This document shows, piece by piece, positions 46,853 through 55,728 of a DNA stretch of 64,000 nt (its first letter is position 1; every line of letters starts with the position of its first letter). The notes beneath the pieces were generated by a model. The model had not been told where the DNA came from. It ran no database searches and worked only from the letters and a program-made list of their open reading frames with translations. Position numbers and translations under genes: made by a program. Source of the stretch: Chitinophagales bacterium (GTDB lineage: Bacteria; Bacteroidota; Bacteroidia; Chitinophagales; JADIYW01); NCBI GenBank assembly GCA_020636545.1, contig JACJXS010000011.1, positions 1,916 to 65,915 on the forward strand. Reading direction: 5' to 3'.

Positions 46853-49624
46853 ATGAGCATTTACCAAGATTATCTTCAAGAGATTGAAGAAAGAAAAAAA
46901 CAAGGACTTCATGCAAAACCAATTGATGAAGCACCATTATTAACTGCAATTATCGAACAAATTAAAGATTTAGGTAATCCTCACAGAGCAGATTCTCTAA
47001 ACTTCTTTATCTACAATACCTTACCAGGCACAACACCTGCGGCAGCGGTTAAGGCACTTTTCTTAAAAGATATTATTTTAGGGAATACCGTTGTTGCTGA
47101 AATTTCCACAGATTTTGCTTTTGAATTATTGGCTCACATGAAAGGTGGAAAATCAATTGAAGTATTATTGGATATTGCATTAGGAAATGATACAACTATT
47201 GCTAAAAAAGCGGCAGATGTGCTTAAAACTCAAGTTTTCCTTTATGATGCAGATACTGCTCGTTTAAAAGAAGCTTACAATAATGGCAATGCAATTGCTA
47301 AAGAAATATTAGAAAGTTACGCAAATGCAGAGTTTTTCACTAAATTACCTGAAGTTCCAGAAACGATAAAAGTTGTAACATATATAGCCGCTGAAGGTGA
47401 TATTTCTACAGATTTATTATCACCAGGAAACCAAGCTCACTCTCGTTCTGATCGTGAATTGCACGGAAAATGTATGAACTCTCCAGAGGCACAAGCAGAA
47501 ATTAGAGCATTACAAGCAAAATTCCCTGATGCAAGTGTGATGATGATTGCAGAAAAAGGTACAATGGGTGTTGGTTCTTCTAGAATGTCTGGCGTAAACA
47601 ACGTGGCACTTTGGACAGGTAAACAATCAAGTCCTTATATTCCATTTGTAAATATTGCTCCTATTGTTGGTGGTACAAATGGAATTTCTCCGATTTTCTT
47701 AACTACAGTTGCTGTAACTGGAGGAATTGGACTAGACCTTAAAAATTGGGTAAAGAAAGTTGATGCAGATGGTAAAGTAGTAAAAGCTGAAAATGGAGAC
47801 CCAGTTTTAGAAGAAGTTTATTCTGTTGCAACAGGAACTGAATTAACGATAAATACAAAGACTAAGAAATTATACAATGGAGATAAAGAATTAATAGATA
47901 TTTCAAGTGCTTTAACTCCACAAAAAATGGAATTTATTAAAGCTGGTGGTTCTTATGCAGTTGTATTTGGTAAAAAATTACAAACATTTGCTGCTGAAAC
48001 TTTAGGCATTCAAGCACCTGTTGTTTTTGCACCTTCAAAAGAAATCACAATAGAAGGTCAAGGCTTAACAGCTGTAGAGAAAATATTCAACAAAAATGCA
48101 GTAGGTGTAACACCAGGAAAAATATTACATGCAGGTTCTGACGTACGTGTAAAAGTAAATATTGTTGGTTCTCAAGATACAACTGGTTTGATGACTGCCC
48201 AAGAATTAGAATCTATGGCTGCGACGGTTATCTCTCCAACTTTAGATGGTGCTTATCAATCTGGTTGCCATACAGCATCAGTTTGGGATAAAAAAGCTCA
48301 GGCAAATATCCCAAAACTAATGAGCTTTATGAACAACTTTGGTTTAATTACAGCGAGAGACCCAGAAGGCGTTTATCATTCTATGACTGATGTAATTCAC
48401 AAAGTATTAAATGATATCACTATTAATGATTGGGCAATTATTATTGGTGGAGACTCACATACTAGAATGTCTAAAGGTGTTGCTTTTGGTGCAGACTCTG
48501 GAACTGTTGCTTTAGCTTTAGCAACTGGAGAAGCTTCTATGCCAATTCCAGAATCTGTAAAAGTTACTTTCAAAGGTCAAATGAAAGAATATATGGATTT
48601 CCGTGATGTGGTTCATGCTACACAAGCACAAATGTTACAACAATTTGGCGGCGAGAATGTATTCCAAGGAAGAGTAATTGAAGTACATATTGGCACATTA
48701 CCTGCTGACCAAGCATTTACATTTACTGACTGGACTGCAGAAATGAAAGCAAAAGCATCTGTAAATATTTCAGAAGATGCAACATTAATTCAATCATTGG
48801 AGATTGCAAAAAGTAGAATCCAAATAATGATTGATAAAGGAATGGATAATGATAATCAAGTATTGAAAGGTTTGATTGACAAAGCAAATAATCGTATTGC
48901 TGAAATTCAATCTGGAGTAAATCCTGCTTTACGCCCTGATGCAAATGCAAAATATTTTGCAGAAGTAGTAGTCGATCTTGACCAAATTGTTGAGCCAATG
49001 ATTGCAGATCCTGATGTAAACAATAAAGATGTTTCTAAACGCTATACACACGATACCATCCGTCCATTATCTTATTATGAAGGCGAAAGAAAAGTTGATT
49101 TAGGATTCGTTGGTTCTTGTATGGTACACAAAGGCGACTTAAAAATCGTTGCACAAATGCTTAGAAATGTAGAAGCAGAAAAAGGTAAAGTAGAATTTAA
49201 TGCTCCTTTGGTTGTTGCCGCACCAACTTATAACATTATTGATGAATTAAAAGCTGAAGGTGATTGGGATATTTTAGAAAAATATTCTGGATTTGAATTT
49301 AATGATGCTGCTCCAAAAAATACGGCTCGTACAGAATATGAAAATATAATGTATTTAGAGCGTCCTGGTTGTAACTTATGTATGGGTAACCAAGAAAAAG
49401 CTGCAAAAGGCGATACTGTTATGGCAACTTCTACACGTTTGTTCCAAGGTAGAGTGGTAGAAGATTCAGCAACTAAAAAAGGAGAATCTTTATTATCTTC
49501 AACACCAGTGGTTGTACTTTCTGCAATCTTAGGTCGTACACCAAATATTGAAGAATATCAATCTGCTGTAAAAGGTATTAACTTGACAAAATTCAAACCT
49601 TCATCAATGCAATTAACTAAATAA
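46853..49624 (+). CDS. acnB: bifunctional aconitate hydratase 2 / 2-methylisocitrate dehydratase
   Basis: AcnB-type N-terminal HEAT-like domain (MSIYQDYLQEIEERKKQGL...), a swivel domain, and Fe-S ligand contexts (GGDSHT, GSCM, PGCNLCMGNQ). ATG at 46853 preferred over the non-ATG track start at 46784. Confidence 0.9.
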   Translation: MSIYQDYLQEIEERKKQGLHAKPIDEAPLLTAIIEQIKDLGNPHRADSLNFFIYNTLPGTTPAAAVKALFLKDIILGNTVVAEISTDFAFELLAHMKGGKSIEVLLDIALGNDTTIAKKAADVLKTQVFLYDADTARLKEAYNNGNAIAKEILESYANAEFFTKLPEVPETIKVVTYIAAEGDISTDLLSPGNQAHSRSDRELHGKCMNSPEAQAEIRALQAKFPDASVMMIAEKGTMGVGSSRMSGVNNVALWTGKQSSPYIPFVNIAPIVGGTNGISPIFLTTVAVTGGIGLDLKNWVKKVDADGKVVKAENGDPVLEEVYSVATGTELTINTKTKKLYNGDKELIDISSALTPQKMEFIKAGGSYAVVFGKKLQTFAAETLGIQAPVVFAPSKEITIEGQGLTAVEKIFNKNAVGVTPGKILHAGSDVRVKVNIVGSQDTTGLMTAQELESMAATVISPTLDGAYQSGCHTASVWDKKAQANIPKLMSFMNNFGLITARDPEGVYHSMTDVIHKVLNDITINDWAIIIGGDSHTRMSKGVAFGADSGTVALALATGEASMPIPESVKVTFKGQMKEYMDFRDVVHATQAQMLQQFGGENVFQGRVIEVHIGTLPADQAFTFTDWTAEMKAKASVNISEDATLIQSLEIAKSRIQIMIDKGMDNDNQVLKGLIDKANNRIAEIQSGVNPALRPDANAKYFAEVVVDLDQIVEPMIADPDVNNKDVSKRYTHDTIRPLSYYEGERKVDLGFVGSCMVHKGDLKIVAQMLRNVEAEKGKVEFNAPLVVAAPTYNIIDELKAEGDWDILEKYSGFEFNDAAPKNTARTEYENIMYLERPGCNLCMGNQEKAAKGDTVMATSTRLFQGRVVEDSATKKGESLLSSTPVVVLSAILGRTPNIEEYQSAVKGINLTKFKPSSMQLTK

Positions 49625-49643
49625 TTGTATTGATGATACAATA

Positions 49644-49675
49644 AAAAAACCGCCACTTTTTTGGCGGTTTTTTTA
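49644..49675. terminator. bidirectional rho-independent terminator
   Basis: aaaaaaaccgcca-cttttt-tggcggttttttt lies between the convergent acnB and 49697 genes. Confidence 0.85.
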
Positions 49676-49696
49676 TTGATATTCCTTTCCTATAAA

Positions 49697-50227
49697 TTAT
49701 GCTCCGCCTGTTCCTTTAAAATAATCATCTTTATATTTAAACAAAACATTGAACGTCGTTAATGAACCATAAATTCTAGTAATATATTGTTGTAATTCAA
49801 CTTTCTCTGCATCAGTCAATTTACTAGCATTGATTTTTTGTTCCATCACTCGCAATCTATCTCTTGTCATCACAATTTTATGGAAGAAAGATTCTAGGTC
49901 AATTTCTTTATCTTGCAAAGATGTATCAGCCGATTGAATGATTAATTTTCCTCCTTGATATCTATCGGCAATTTTACAATCCTCAATGGGTTCAATTAAA
50001 GGCTTTATCATTTGATAGATGGTCTTCTCTACTTCGTCTAATGAAATACCTGAATTGTCTTTTTCTACTAACTTAATAACCAACATTCCATCAAAGGCTT
50101 TTGAAATTTCCTTTTCACCGTGTTCCGAAAAATAAATATTATATAAATATTCATCTTCATTGTCAATAATTACACCTTTTCCAAAAGTGGGATGTTCTAA
50201 CTTTGTTCCTATATTATAATTTGTCAT
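49697..50227 (-). CDS. hypothetical protein with N-terminal Tudor/DUF3553-like motif and helical C-terminal half
   Basis: ATG at 50227 (MTNYNIGTKLEHPTFGKGVIID...) preferred. The track's N-terminal extension runs through repeat-element sequence (50297-50345). Confidence 0.5.
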   Translation of the reverse strand: MTNYNIGTKLEHPTFGKGVIIDNEDEYLYNIYFSEHGEKEISKAFDGMLVIKLVEKDNSGISLDEVEKTIYQMIKPLIEPIEDCKIADRYQGGKLIIQSADTSLQDKEIDLESFFHKIVMTRDRLRVMEQKINASKLTDAEKVELQQYITRIYGSLTTFNVLFKYKDDYFKGTGGA

Positions 50228-50296
50228 ATTTATATTTTTGGACGAAAATAAGGAAAAACAAGCAAGTAATGAATTTTTAAGAGATATTGTATTATA

Positions 50297-50358
50297 GAGT
50301 AGAGATTTTTTGCAGATGTGAGTAGTGAGAGATGAGATTTCGAGCAATTAAGTATTTT
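50297..50358. repeat. modular heptamer-repeat element fragment, locus 5
   Basis: gagtagagatttttt...gtgagtagtgagagatgagattt matches the modules at 3575 and 9543. Confidence 0.7.
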
Positions 50359-50388
50359 AATAATAAAACAATTAAATATTTTTTTTTT

Positions 50389-50466
50389 CGCATTGGTTCG
50401 TGTCTTCACGAAACATAATAAATTATATATTAAAAAATGTGGCTTGTGAAAACACAAACCACTGCG
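50389..50466. repeat. ~78-bp double-hairpin palindromic element, copy 1
   Basis: cgcattggTTCGTGtcttCACGAAacataataaattatatattaaaaaatgtggcTTGTGaaaaCACAAaccactgcg. The outer 20-nt arms are inverted repeats of each other, and each arm also folds on itself. Confidence 0.85.
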
Positions 50467-50473
50467 TAATTTT

Positions 50474-50491
50474 TAGATTTTAGAAAATCTA
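50474..50491. repeat. 8-bp-stem palindrome tagatttt-ag-aaaatcta
   Basis: Read directly, between copies 1 and 2 of the double-hairpin element. Confidence 0.6.
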
Positions 50492-50550
50492 AATCCAAAC
50501 AAGAAGATATTGATAATTAATAAAACAGATTAAGAATGGATATTATTTCT

Positions 50551-50629
50551 CCGAATTATTTCGTGTCCTATCGAAACATAATAAATTATATATTAAAAAA
50601 TATGGTTTGTGAAGACACAAACCATTGCC
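50551..50629. repeat. ~78-bp double-hairpin palindromic element, copy 2 (left arm degenerate)
   Basis: ccgaattatttcgtgtcctatcgaaacataataaattatatattaaaaaatatggTTTGTGaagaCACAAAccattgcc, 73 bp from the 3' end of the ATPase gene. Confidence 0.8.
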
Positions 50630-50701
50630 TTAATTTTCTATTCAAAAACAAATACAAACCATTATCTTAATAAAAAAATATACTATGGTTATAGAATGGC
50701 T

Positions 50702-51907
50702 TTAATATAAAAAACCAAACAACCACAATGGTATTTTTTTACCTCTTGCATTTTCAATATCATCTAAAGCTAGAAGGTAATTGTTCTCATTTTTCACTTG
50801 ATCTATCGTCTTTGATTGACCACCAACTTCAATCACTAAATCATATTCTTCAATATAAAAATCACCAACCTTAGGCATTTTAATCGTAAGCCCAGCATTA
50901 GAAAGTTGAGACATCAGAAAAACTTCTCTAACTGTACCTATATTAGGCTGTGAGCTTAAAGCATAACACCAATTACTGTTCTCTAAAAATATTTTATCAG
51001 GTTTTTGAAGAGTAGAAACACCTCTACCTTGTGCAATCAACAAGCTTAAAATATTTGCTTTTTCTAAAAGCACTAACCAATGATAGATGGTCTCCCTACT
51101 CACATCTAATTTTCGTGCAAGTGCAGATATATTAGGCTTAAAAGGTGTAGATTCAGCAATTACACCTAATAATTTTTTTAGTTTAAAAGTAGTTTTCACA
51201 TCAAAACCTTCCATTGCAGCCAAATCAGTTTCTATAATCGTATTGATAATTTGGTTCAATTTCTTCAAGGTAGTATGTTCATTATTTTGAGCTGAGAATG
51301 GAAAATATCCCGTTTTAAGATAATTTCTAAATGTTGGTAGCGGATGTTGTATCTTTTCTATAATTGATTGAGTAATATTATACGCATCTGCTTGAATATC
51401 ACTAATTTTTATTGATGACATGCCTGAAATAAAGCCTGATATTTCAAGGTATTCCCTATATGACAAGCCCTGCATATTATAACTTATCAAACGCCTGCTC
51501 AAATCTGCTTCACCTTTATAAATGTCAAGAATAGAGGATGATGTAAAAACAATTTTCATTTCAGGAAATCCATCATAAATATTTTTAATTTCTCTTGACC
51601 AATTGGGATATTTATGTACTTCGTCTATAAATAAAAAGCGACCACCATTCTTATAAAATATATCAGCAGTTTGCACCAAATTATGTGTATAGAACCAATA
51701 ATGATCAGCCGTGATATAAAGAGAGGTTTCAGGTTGTTTTAAAATATACTTCATATACTGCAACATCAATGTCGTTTTTCCAACTCCACGCGAACCTTTT
51801 ATGGCAATCAAACGCTCACTCCAATCAATCTCTTGCATTAAATACCGAAAGTAATTTGATGTGGTATTTTGTAGTAAATTGTCGTTGAATTCATACAATT
51901 CTATCAT
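50702..51907 (-). CDS. AAA+ ATPase with C-terminal DUF4143-like region (COG1373-type)
   Basis: Walker A GSRGVGKTTL, Walker B LFIDEVH, and a C-terminal winged-helix-like part. ATG at 51907 preferred over the TTG at 51931. Confidence 0.75.
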   Translation of the reverse strand: MIELYEFNDNLLQNTTSNYFRYLMQEIDWSERLIAIKGSRGVGKTTLMLQYMKYILKQPETSLYITADHYWFYTHNLVQTADIFYKNGGRFLFIDEVHKYPNWSREIKNIYDGFPEMKIVFTSSSILDIYKGEADLSRRLISYNMQGLSYREYLEISGFISGMSSIKISDIQADAYNITQSIIEKIQHPLPTFRNYLKTGYFPFSAQNNEHTTLKKLNQIINTIIETDLAAMEGFDVKTTFKLKKLLGVIAESTPFKPNISALARKLDVSRETIYHWLVLLEKANILSLLIAQGRGVSTLQKPDKIFLENSNWCYALSSQPNIGTVREVFLMSQLSNAGLTIKMPKVGDFYIEEYDLVIEVGGQSKTIDQVKNENNYLLALDDIENARGKKIPLWLFGFLY

Positions 51908-52016
51908 AATATTGTCGTTTATATTCAACAAAATTAATAAATATTGTCGATATTAATCAACAATTTATCTATTTTCCATCTGTTTGTAACTTAATCTGAT
52001 GCTTTCTCACCTATTC

Positions 52017-52095
52017 CGCATTGGTTCGTGTCTTCACGAAACATAATAAGTTATATATTATAAAAATGTGGTTTGTGAAGACACAAACCACTGCC
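52017..52095. repeat. ~78-bp double-hairpin palindromic element, copy 3
   Basis: cgcattggTTCGTGtcttCACGAAacataataagttatatattataaaaatgtggTTTGTGaagaCACAAAccactgcc, upstream of the ATPase gene start. It is followed by ttagaatcaagact, a heptamer-family module. Confidence 0.85.
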
Positions 52096-52112
52096 TTAGA
52101 ATCAAGACTTTT

Positions 52113-52120
52113 CTTCTATT
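52113..52120 (+). promoter_or_regulatory. TAnnTTTG -7 box (tatttttg) upstream of the icmF 5' fragment
   Basis: Consensus match 76 nt before the fragment ATG. The equivalent box (tatatttg) lies at 55652-55659 before full-length icmF. Confidence 0.4.
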
Positions 52121-52195
52121 CATATTTTTGAGTAAGAATAGGAAATTTAGCCTATCTGAATTCATTTTTTTCAGGATATTCATTATTTTTACAAT

Positions 52196-52504
52196 ATGCA
52201 AAATCCGACATCCTATCAACCTAAAAACAAAATAAGAATTGTATCAGCGGCATCGTTATTTGATGGTCATGATGTTGCTATCAATATTATGCGTAGAATA
52301 ATGCAAGCTTCAGGTGCCGAAGTGATACATTTGGGACATAATCGAAGTGTCAAAGAGATTGTGGACTGTGCTATTCAAGAAGATGCCAACGCCATTGCTA
52401 TTACTTCTTACCAAGGTGGGCATGTACGTTTTTTAAAGTATATGTATGATTTGCTAAAAGAAAACAACAGTAATCAAATAAAAATTGCCTTGCAACGGTC
52501 TTAA
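52196..52504 (+). pseudogene. 5' fragment of an icmF allele (first 97 codons, partial B12-binding domain)
   Basis: 92 of 97 residues are identical to the N-terminus of 55729..59127. Homology stops at 52487, before the GGGG motif, and 5 unrelated codons and a stop follow. Confidence 0.85.
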
Positions 52505-52507
52505 TTT

Positions 52508-52533
52508 ATAAATAAGACAACTTATTTATTTTC
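52508..52533. terminator. weak AT-rich hairpin ataaataag-acaa-cttatttat plus T-run
   Basis: Lies between the convergent icmF fragment and XRE gene and overlaps the XRE stop codon. Confidence 0.35.
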
Positions 52534-52899
52534 TAACAATTTTATCTTTGCCTCTAATTGTGCAATAATAATATCTTTTGCAGCAAGCAATTCCTCATAT
52601 ACTTTCTTAAAATCTTCGGGAATATTATTATTTAGTATATGATTAACACCAATTACATTAGCAGTTTGAGTACAATTTTTAAAAACAAGTGTTTCGTCAA
52701 AAGCCTCTATGTCTTCTTTATTTACTTCTAATATTTCTGCTATTTTATCCAATTGCTCGTCCTGTATTTTTATAGAGCCGGTTTCCATTCTACTGTAAGT
52801 ATTTTGTTTAACACCGAGAGCATCAGCAACGTATGCCTGCGTAATATTTTTCAACTCACGTACCTTACGTATTTTATAACCTGTTCTGCTATTACTCAT
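52522..52899 (-). CDS. XRE-family helix-turn-helix regulator with C-terminal coiled coil
   Basis: HTH_3 pattern IRKVRELKNITQAYVADALGVKQNTYSRMETG and a heptad-like C-terminus (LLAAKDIIIAQLEAKIKLLENK). Confidence 0.8.
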   Translation of the reverse strand: MSNSRTGYKIRKVRELKNITQAYVADALGVKQNTYSRMETGSIKIQDEQLDKIAEILEVNKEDIEAFDETLVFKNCTQTANVIGVNHILNNNIPEDFKKVYEELLAAKDIIIAQLEAKIKLLENK

Positions 52900-53016
52900 A
52901 TACCTATGATAAATTATCCAAAATTCTCGGATAAACTATCCACAATAATACATTAAAAAAATGAAAATTTATAAGAATTTGTAAAAAAATTACACAAGAT
53001 ATAAAAATATATTACT

Positions 53017-54849
53017 ATGAAAAAATTACCAAAACTATCGCTGTTATTATTTTTAATAGGATTATTATTGACTTGGAGTTGCAAAAAAGACAATCAGAGA
53101 AAGCCCGATGACCCTGTAAAGGACATCAAAAAAGCCACTAATGTATTTGAAGTGGACAAACAGACCGACCAAAAGCTGATGGAACTTAAAGATGATGAAA
53201 TTGTTTTTAACGGCAATACAGCACAGTTAGACAGTGTTAAAGTGGGTAGCATTATAATATCTGGCACCACAGAAAATGCACCAGATGGTTACCTTAGAAA
53301 AGTAACGGGCATAGAAAAAAATGGTTCCGAGTATGTTTTTGCCACAGAGGAAGCCGCTTTAACAGAAGCATTTGAGAATTTAGATATAGATTATACTTAT
53401 ACTTTTAGTGATGCAGACTCCAACAAACGAACAGAGGCATTTGAAATAAAAATACCAACACCAAATGTTATTTTATATGATGCAGATGCTAACCATTCTA
53501 CTGTTTATGACCAGTTAAAGTTTAATGGAAATATTGTTATAAAGCCAAGCATTGATATTAAAATAAGAATTAGAAATTTTAAATTAGAATATGCCTTGGT
53601 GGGCGGAAAAATGGGTTATGAAACAGACCTATCTACTAATTTTGGTGGTAATGTAGCCAGTTTTACAAAATCTATGAAATTATACGAACAAATTATGGGT
53701 GCCTTTACAATACCTGGAACACCTATTGTTGTAACACCTACCATAAGTGTAAATTTAGGAGCAAAAGGAAATATTAGTGCAGAGTTGAGCTATTTACAAT
53801 CTTCTACAGGCAATGCAGGAGCTTATTTACAATACATAAATGGAGCATGGAGTACAGGTTCTGTAAAAGAAATGGAAACAGAAACAAGTTTTTCTGGATT
53901 TTCTGGCAATGCAAGTATGGAAACTTACTTGTCTCCTGCAATTAATTTAAAGTTTTATGGTTCAGATTGGGCTAAAGGCAGTGTTTTTATAAAGGCTTAT
54001 GCCACAATAGGAGCACAAGCAATACCCTATAAACCTTGCGAGCTAAAAGCAGGTGTAAGTGGAGGAGCAGAAGCTAATCTTGCATTTTTTGGCAGACAAT
54101 TTGCCAGTGCAAGCTACCCCGATGTTTTTGATTTTAATAAAACACTATATACTTGCAGTGCTATACCACCTGTTAATACCAATCCTTACTTAAACCCAAG
54201 CCTTACCTACGGTAGCGTTACAGACATAGAGGGCAATAAATATGCCACCATACAAATAGGCTACCAAATATGGATGGCAGAAAACTTGCGTACCACCAAA
54301 TACAACGATGGCACAGCAATACCAAATGTAACAGACAATACCGCTTGGAAAAACCTAACCACAGGAGCTTATACTGTATATAATTTCTCTCCTGAAAATG
54401 AGGCTATTTACGGTAAGTTATACAACTGGTATGCAGTAAACACAGGCAAATTATGCCCGCAAGGCTGGCATATACCAACCGAAGCCGAATGGACACAATT
54501 AAATACGTATTTAGGCTCTAATGCTGGTAAAAAAATGAAATCTACAGGCTATAAAATAGACAGTACAGGCTTATGGGAATATGGAGGCAATTACGAAGGT
54601 ACTAACGAAAGCGGTTTTACAGGTCTTCCAGGTGGCTACCGTTCTAATAGTGGTTCTTTTTACTTGAACGGGAGTTATGGATTTTTTTGGAGTTCTACTG
54701 AAACAGGCAATAAGAATAACAGCAAATGGTTGAGATTATCTTCTGGACAGAATTCTGCTCCAATTGGTACTGCAGATGGTTGGAGTAATGGAGGAAGTTC
54801 TTCCTACAATCAAAGAGATGGTTATAGTTGTCGTTGTGTAAAAGATTAG
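53017..54849 (+). CDS. lipoprotein with unknown ~390-aa N-terminal region and C-terminal FISUMP (Fibrobacter succinogenes major paralogous) domain
   Basis: Lipobox LLLTWSC. The C-terminal domain has VTDIEGNKYATIQIGYQIWMAENL, YGKLYNWYA, CPQGWHIPTEAEW, GFTGLPGGYR and a final SCRCVKD. Confidence 0.75.
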   Translation: MKKLPKLSLLLFLIGLLLTWSCKKDNQRKPDDPVKDIKKATNVFEVDKQTDQKLMELKDDEIVFNGNTAQLDSVKVGSIIISGTTENAPDGYLRKVTGIEKNGSEYVFATEEAALTEAFENLDIDYTYTFSDADSNKRTEAFEIKIPTPNVILYDADANHSTVYDQLKFNGNIVIKPSIDIKIRIRNFKLEYALVGGKMGYETDLSTNFGGNVASFTKSMKLYEQIMGAFTIPGTPIVVTPTISVNLGAKGNISAELSYLQSSTGNAGAYLQYINGAWSTGSVKEMETETSFSGFSGNASMETYLSPAINLKFYGSDWAKGSVFIKAYATIGAQAIPYKPCELKAGVSGGAEANLAFFGRQFASASYPDVFDFNKTLYTCSAIPPVNTNPYLNPSLTYGSVTDIEGNKYATIQIGYQIWMAENLRTTKYNDGTAIPNVTDNTAWKNLTTGAYTVYNFSPENEAIYGKLYNWYAVNTGKLCPQGWHIPTEAEWTQLNTYLGSNAGKKMKSTGYKIDSTGLWEYGGNYEGTNESGFTGLPGGYRSNSGSFYLNGSYGFFWSSTETGNKNNSKWLRLSSGQNSAPIGTADGWSNGGSSSYNQRDGYSCRCVKD

Positions 54850-54979
54850 AGTAAGAAAAATGATATGGGAAAACAATGTGTATATTATAGGAAAAAAAGA
54901 GCACCATGAAGAGTGTATTGTTATGCATCTAAAATCTAAAACATAAACCCAATATTAATAATTTAAAAAATAAATAAAA

Positions 54980-55534
54980 ATGACACGAATAATTTTAATA
55001 CTAACACTAATTTTTGGACTTAATTCATTTCTAACAGCACAATCAGTTCCCGAACCGGAATTTGCTATGCGACCTTATTACTTAGGTACAGATAATACTT
55101 TAAAAAATTTAGAAAGAGTTGATGCCCAGTTTGATTTTAAGGCAAAAGTATATGCAGGAACTGAGATTTATTATACTGCTTTTGGAAAAGCATCTGATAT
55201 TAGATTCTCTAAAGATGCACTGCCTCAATTTATCATCAAAGTTGAGCAAGGTGTAGATCCTTATGAAATGATTTCATTAGGCAAAGCAGAAATAAAAAAA
55301 GACCGCAGAAGATTTTTACAGAGTCGTATGGCTAAAACAGGAAAAACTAAGGATGTAAGTGGAGCATATTTAGAGCTTGAATTTAAAAAAATTAGAGACG
55401 GACTATTTGAAATAATTCTTCCTAATAATATTGAAGTTGGAGAGTATGCATTTATGCCAATTTCTAAAGATAGTGGAAATATATTTGCATCTTATGGTTC
55501 AAAAGCAAAAATAACCTGCTTTGGAATTGATTAA
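54980..55534 (+). CDS. secreted hypothetical protein
   Basis: 184 aa with a signal peptide (LNSFLTAQS). No recognised motif. Confidence 0.5.
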   Translation: MTRIILILTLIFGLNSFLTAQSVPEPEFAMRPYYLGTDNTLKNLERVDAQFDFKAKVYAGTEIYYTAFGKASDIRFSKDALPQFIIKVEQGVDPYEMISLGKAEIKKDRRRFLQSRMAKTGKTKDVSGAYLELEFKKIRDGLFEIILPNNIEVGEYAFMPISKDSGNIFASYGSKAKITCFGID

Positions 55535-55578
55535 AAAGAATTAGAGAGTATTTTTAATAGCCTACAACAATAACACCT

Positions 55579-55620
55579 AAACTGCTTTAGCCAAAATATT
55601 TTGGCTAAAGCAGTTTTTCT
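55579..55620 (+). terminator. strong rho-independent terminator
   Basis: aaactgctttagccaaaat/attttggctaaagcagttt forms a stem of about 19 bp, followed by a T-run. Confidence 0.85.
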
Positions 55621-55651
55621 TTTGCTCTGTTATCCTACAAAATAAACTGTT

Positions 55652-55659
55652 TATATTTG
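55652..55659 (+). promoter_or_regulatory. TAnnTTTG -7 box (tatatttg) upstream of icmF
   Basis: Consensus match 70 nt before the icmF ATG. Confidence 0.4.
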
Positions 55660-55728
55660 TATAATGGAAAATAAGGATTTTAAACTATCTAAATTCATTT
55701 TTTAAAGTATATTACTTAATTTTACAAT

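Larger units (their letters stand above)
52488..55667. mobile_element. putative inserted accessory segment bounded by diverged direct copies of the icmF promoter and 5' end
   Basis: ~375-bp direct repeats (about 52110-52487 and 55650-56020) flank three non-housekeeping genes. No integrase or transposase is present in the segment. Confidence 0.4.

Noticed and set aside
50230-50457. 75-aa - strand ORF, and the 40-codon N-terminal extension of ORF 49697..50347
   Set aside because: Both run through repeat-element sequence (gagtagtgagagatgagattt). The internal ATG at 50227 gives a sensible N-terminus.
50389-52095. Integron gene-cassette array, with the hairpin elements acting as attC sites
   Set aside because: The imperfect palindromes of ~78 bp that follow genes are suggestive. 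However, the arms lack the GTTRRRY/RYYYAAC core sites, no IntI-type integrase or attI is present in the window, and one inter-element gap is empty.
55621-55728. Cobalamin riboswitch upstream of the B12-dependent icmF
   Set aside because: The leader is only ~70 nt after the putative -7 box and is AT-rich, with no B12-box-like GCCACTG element or extended helices.
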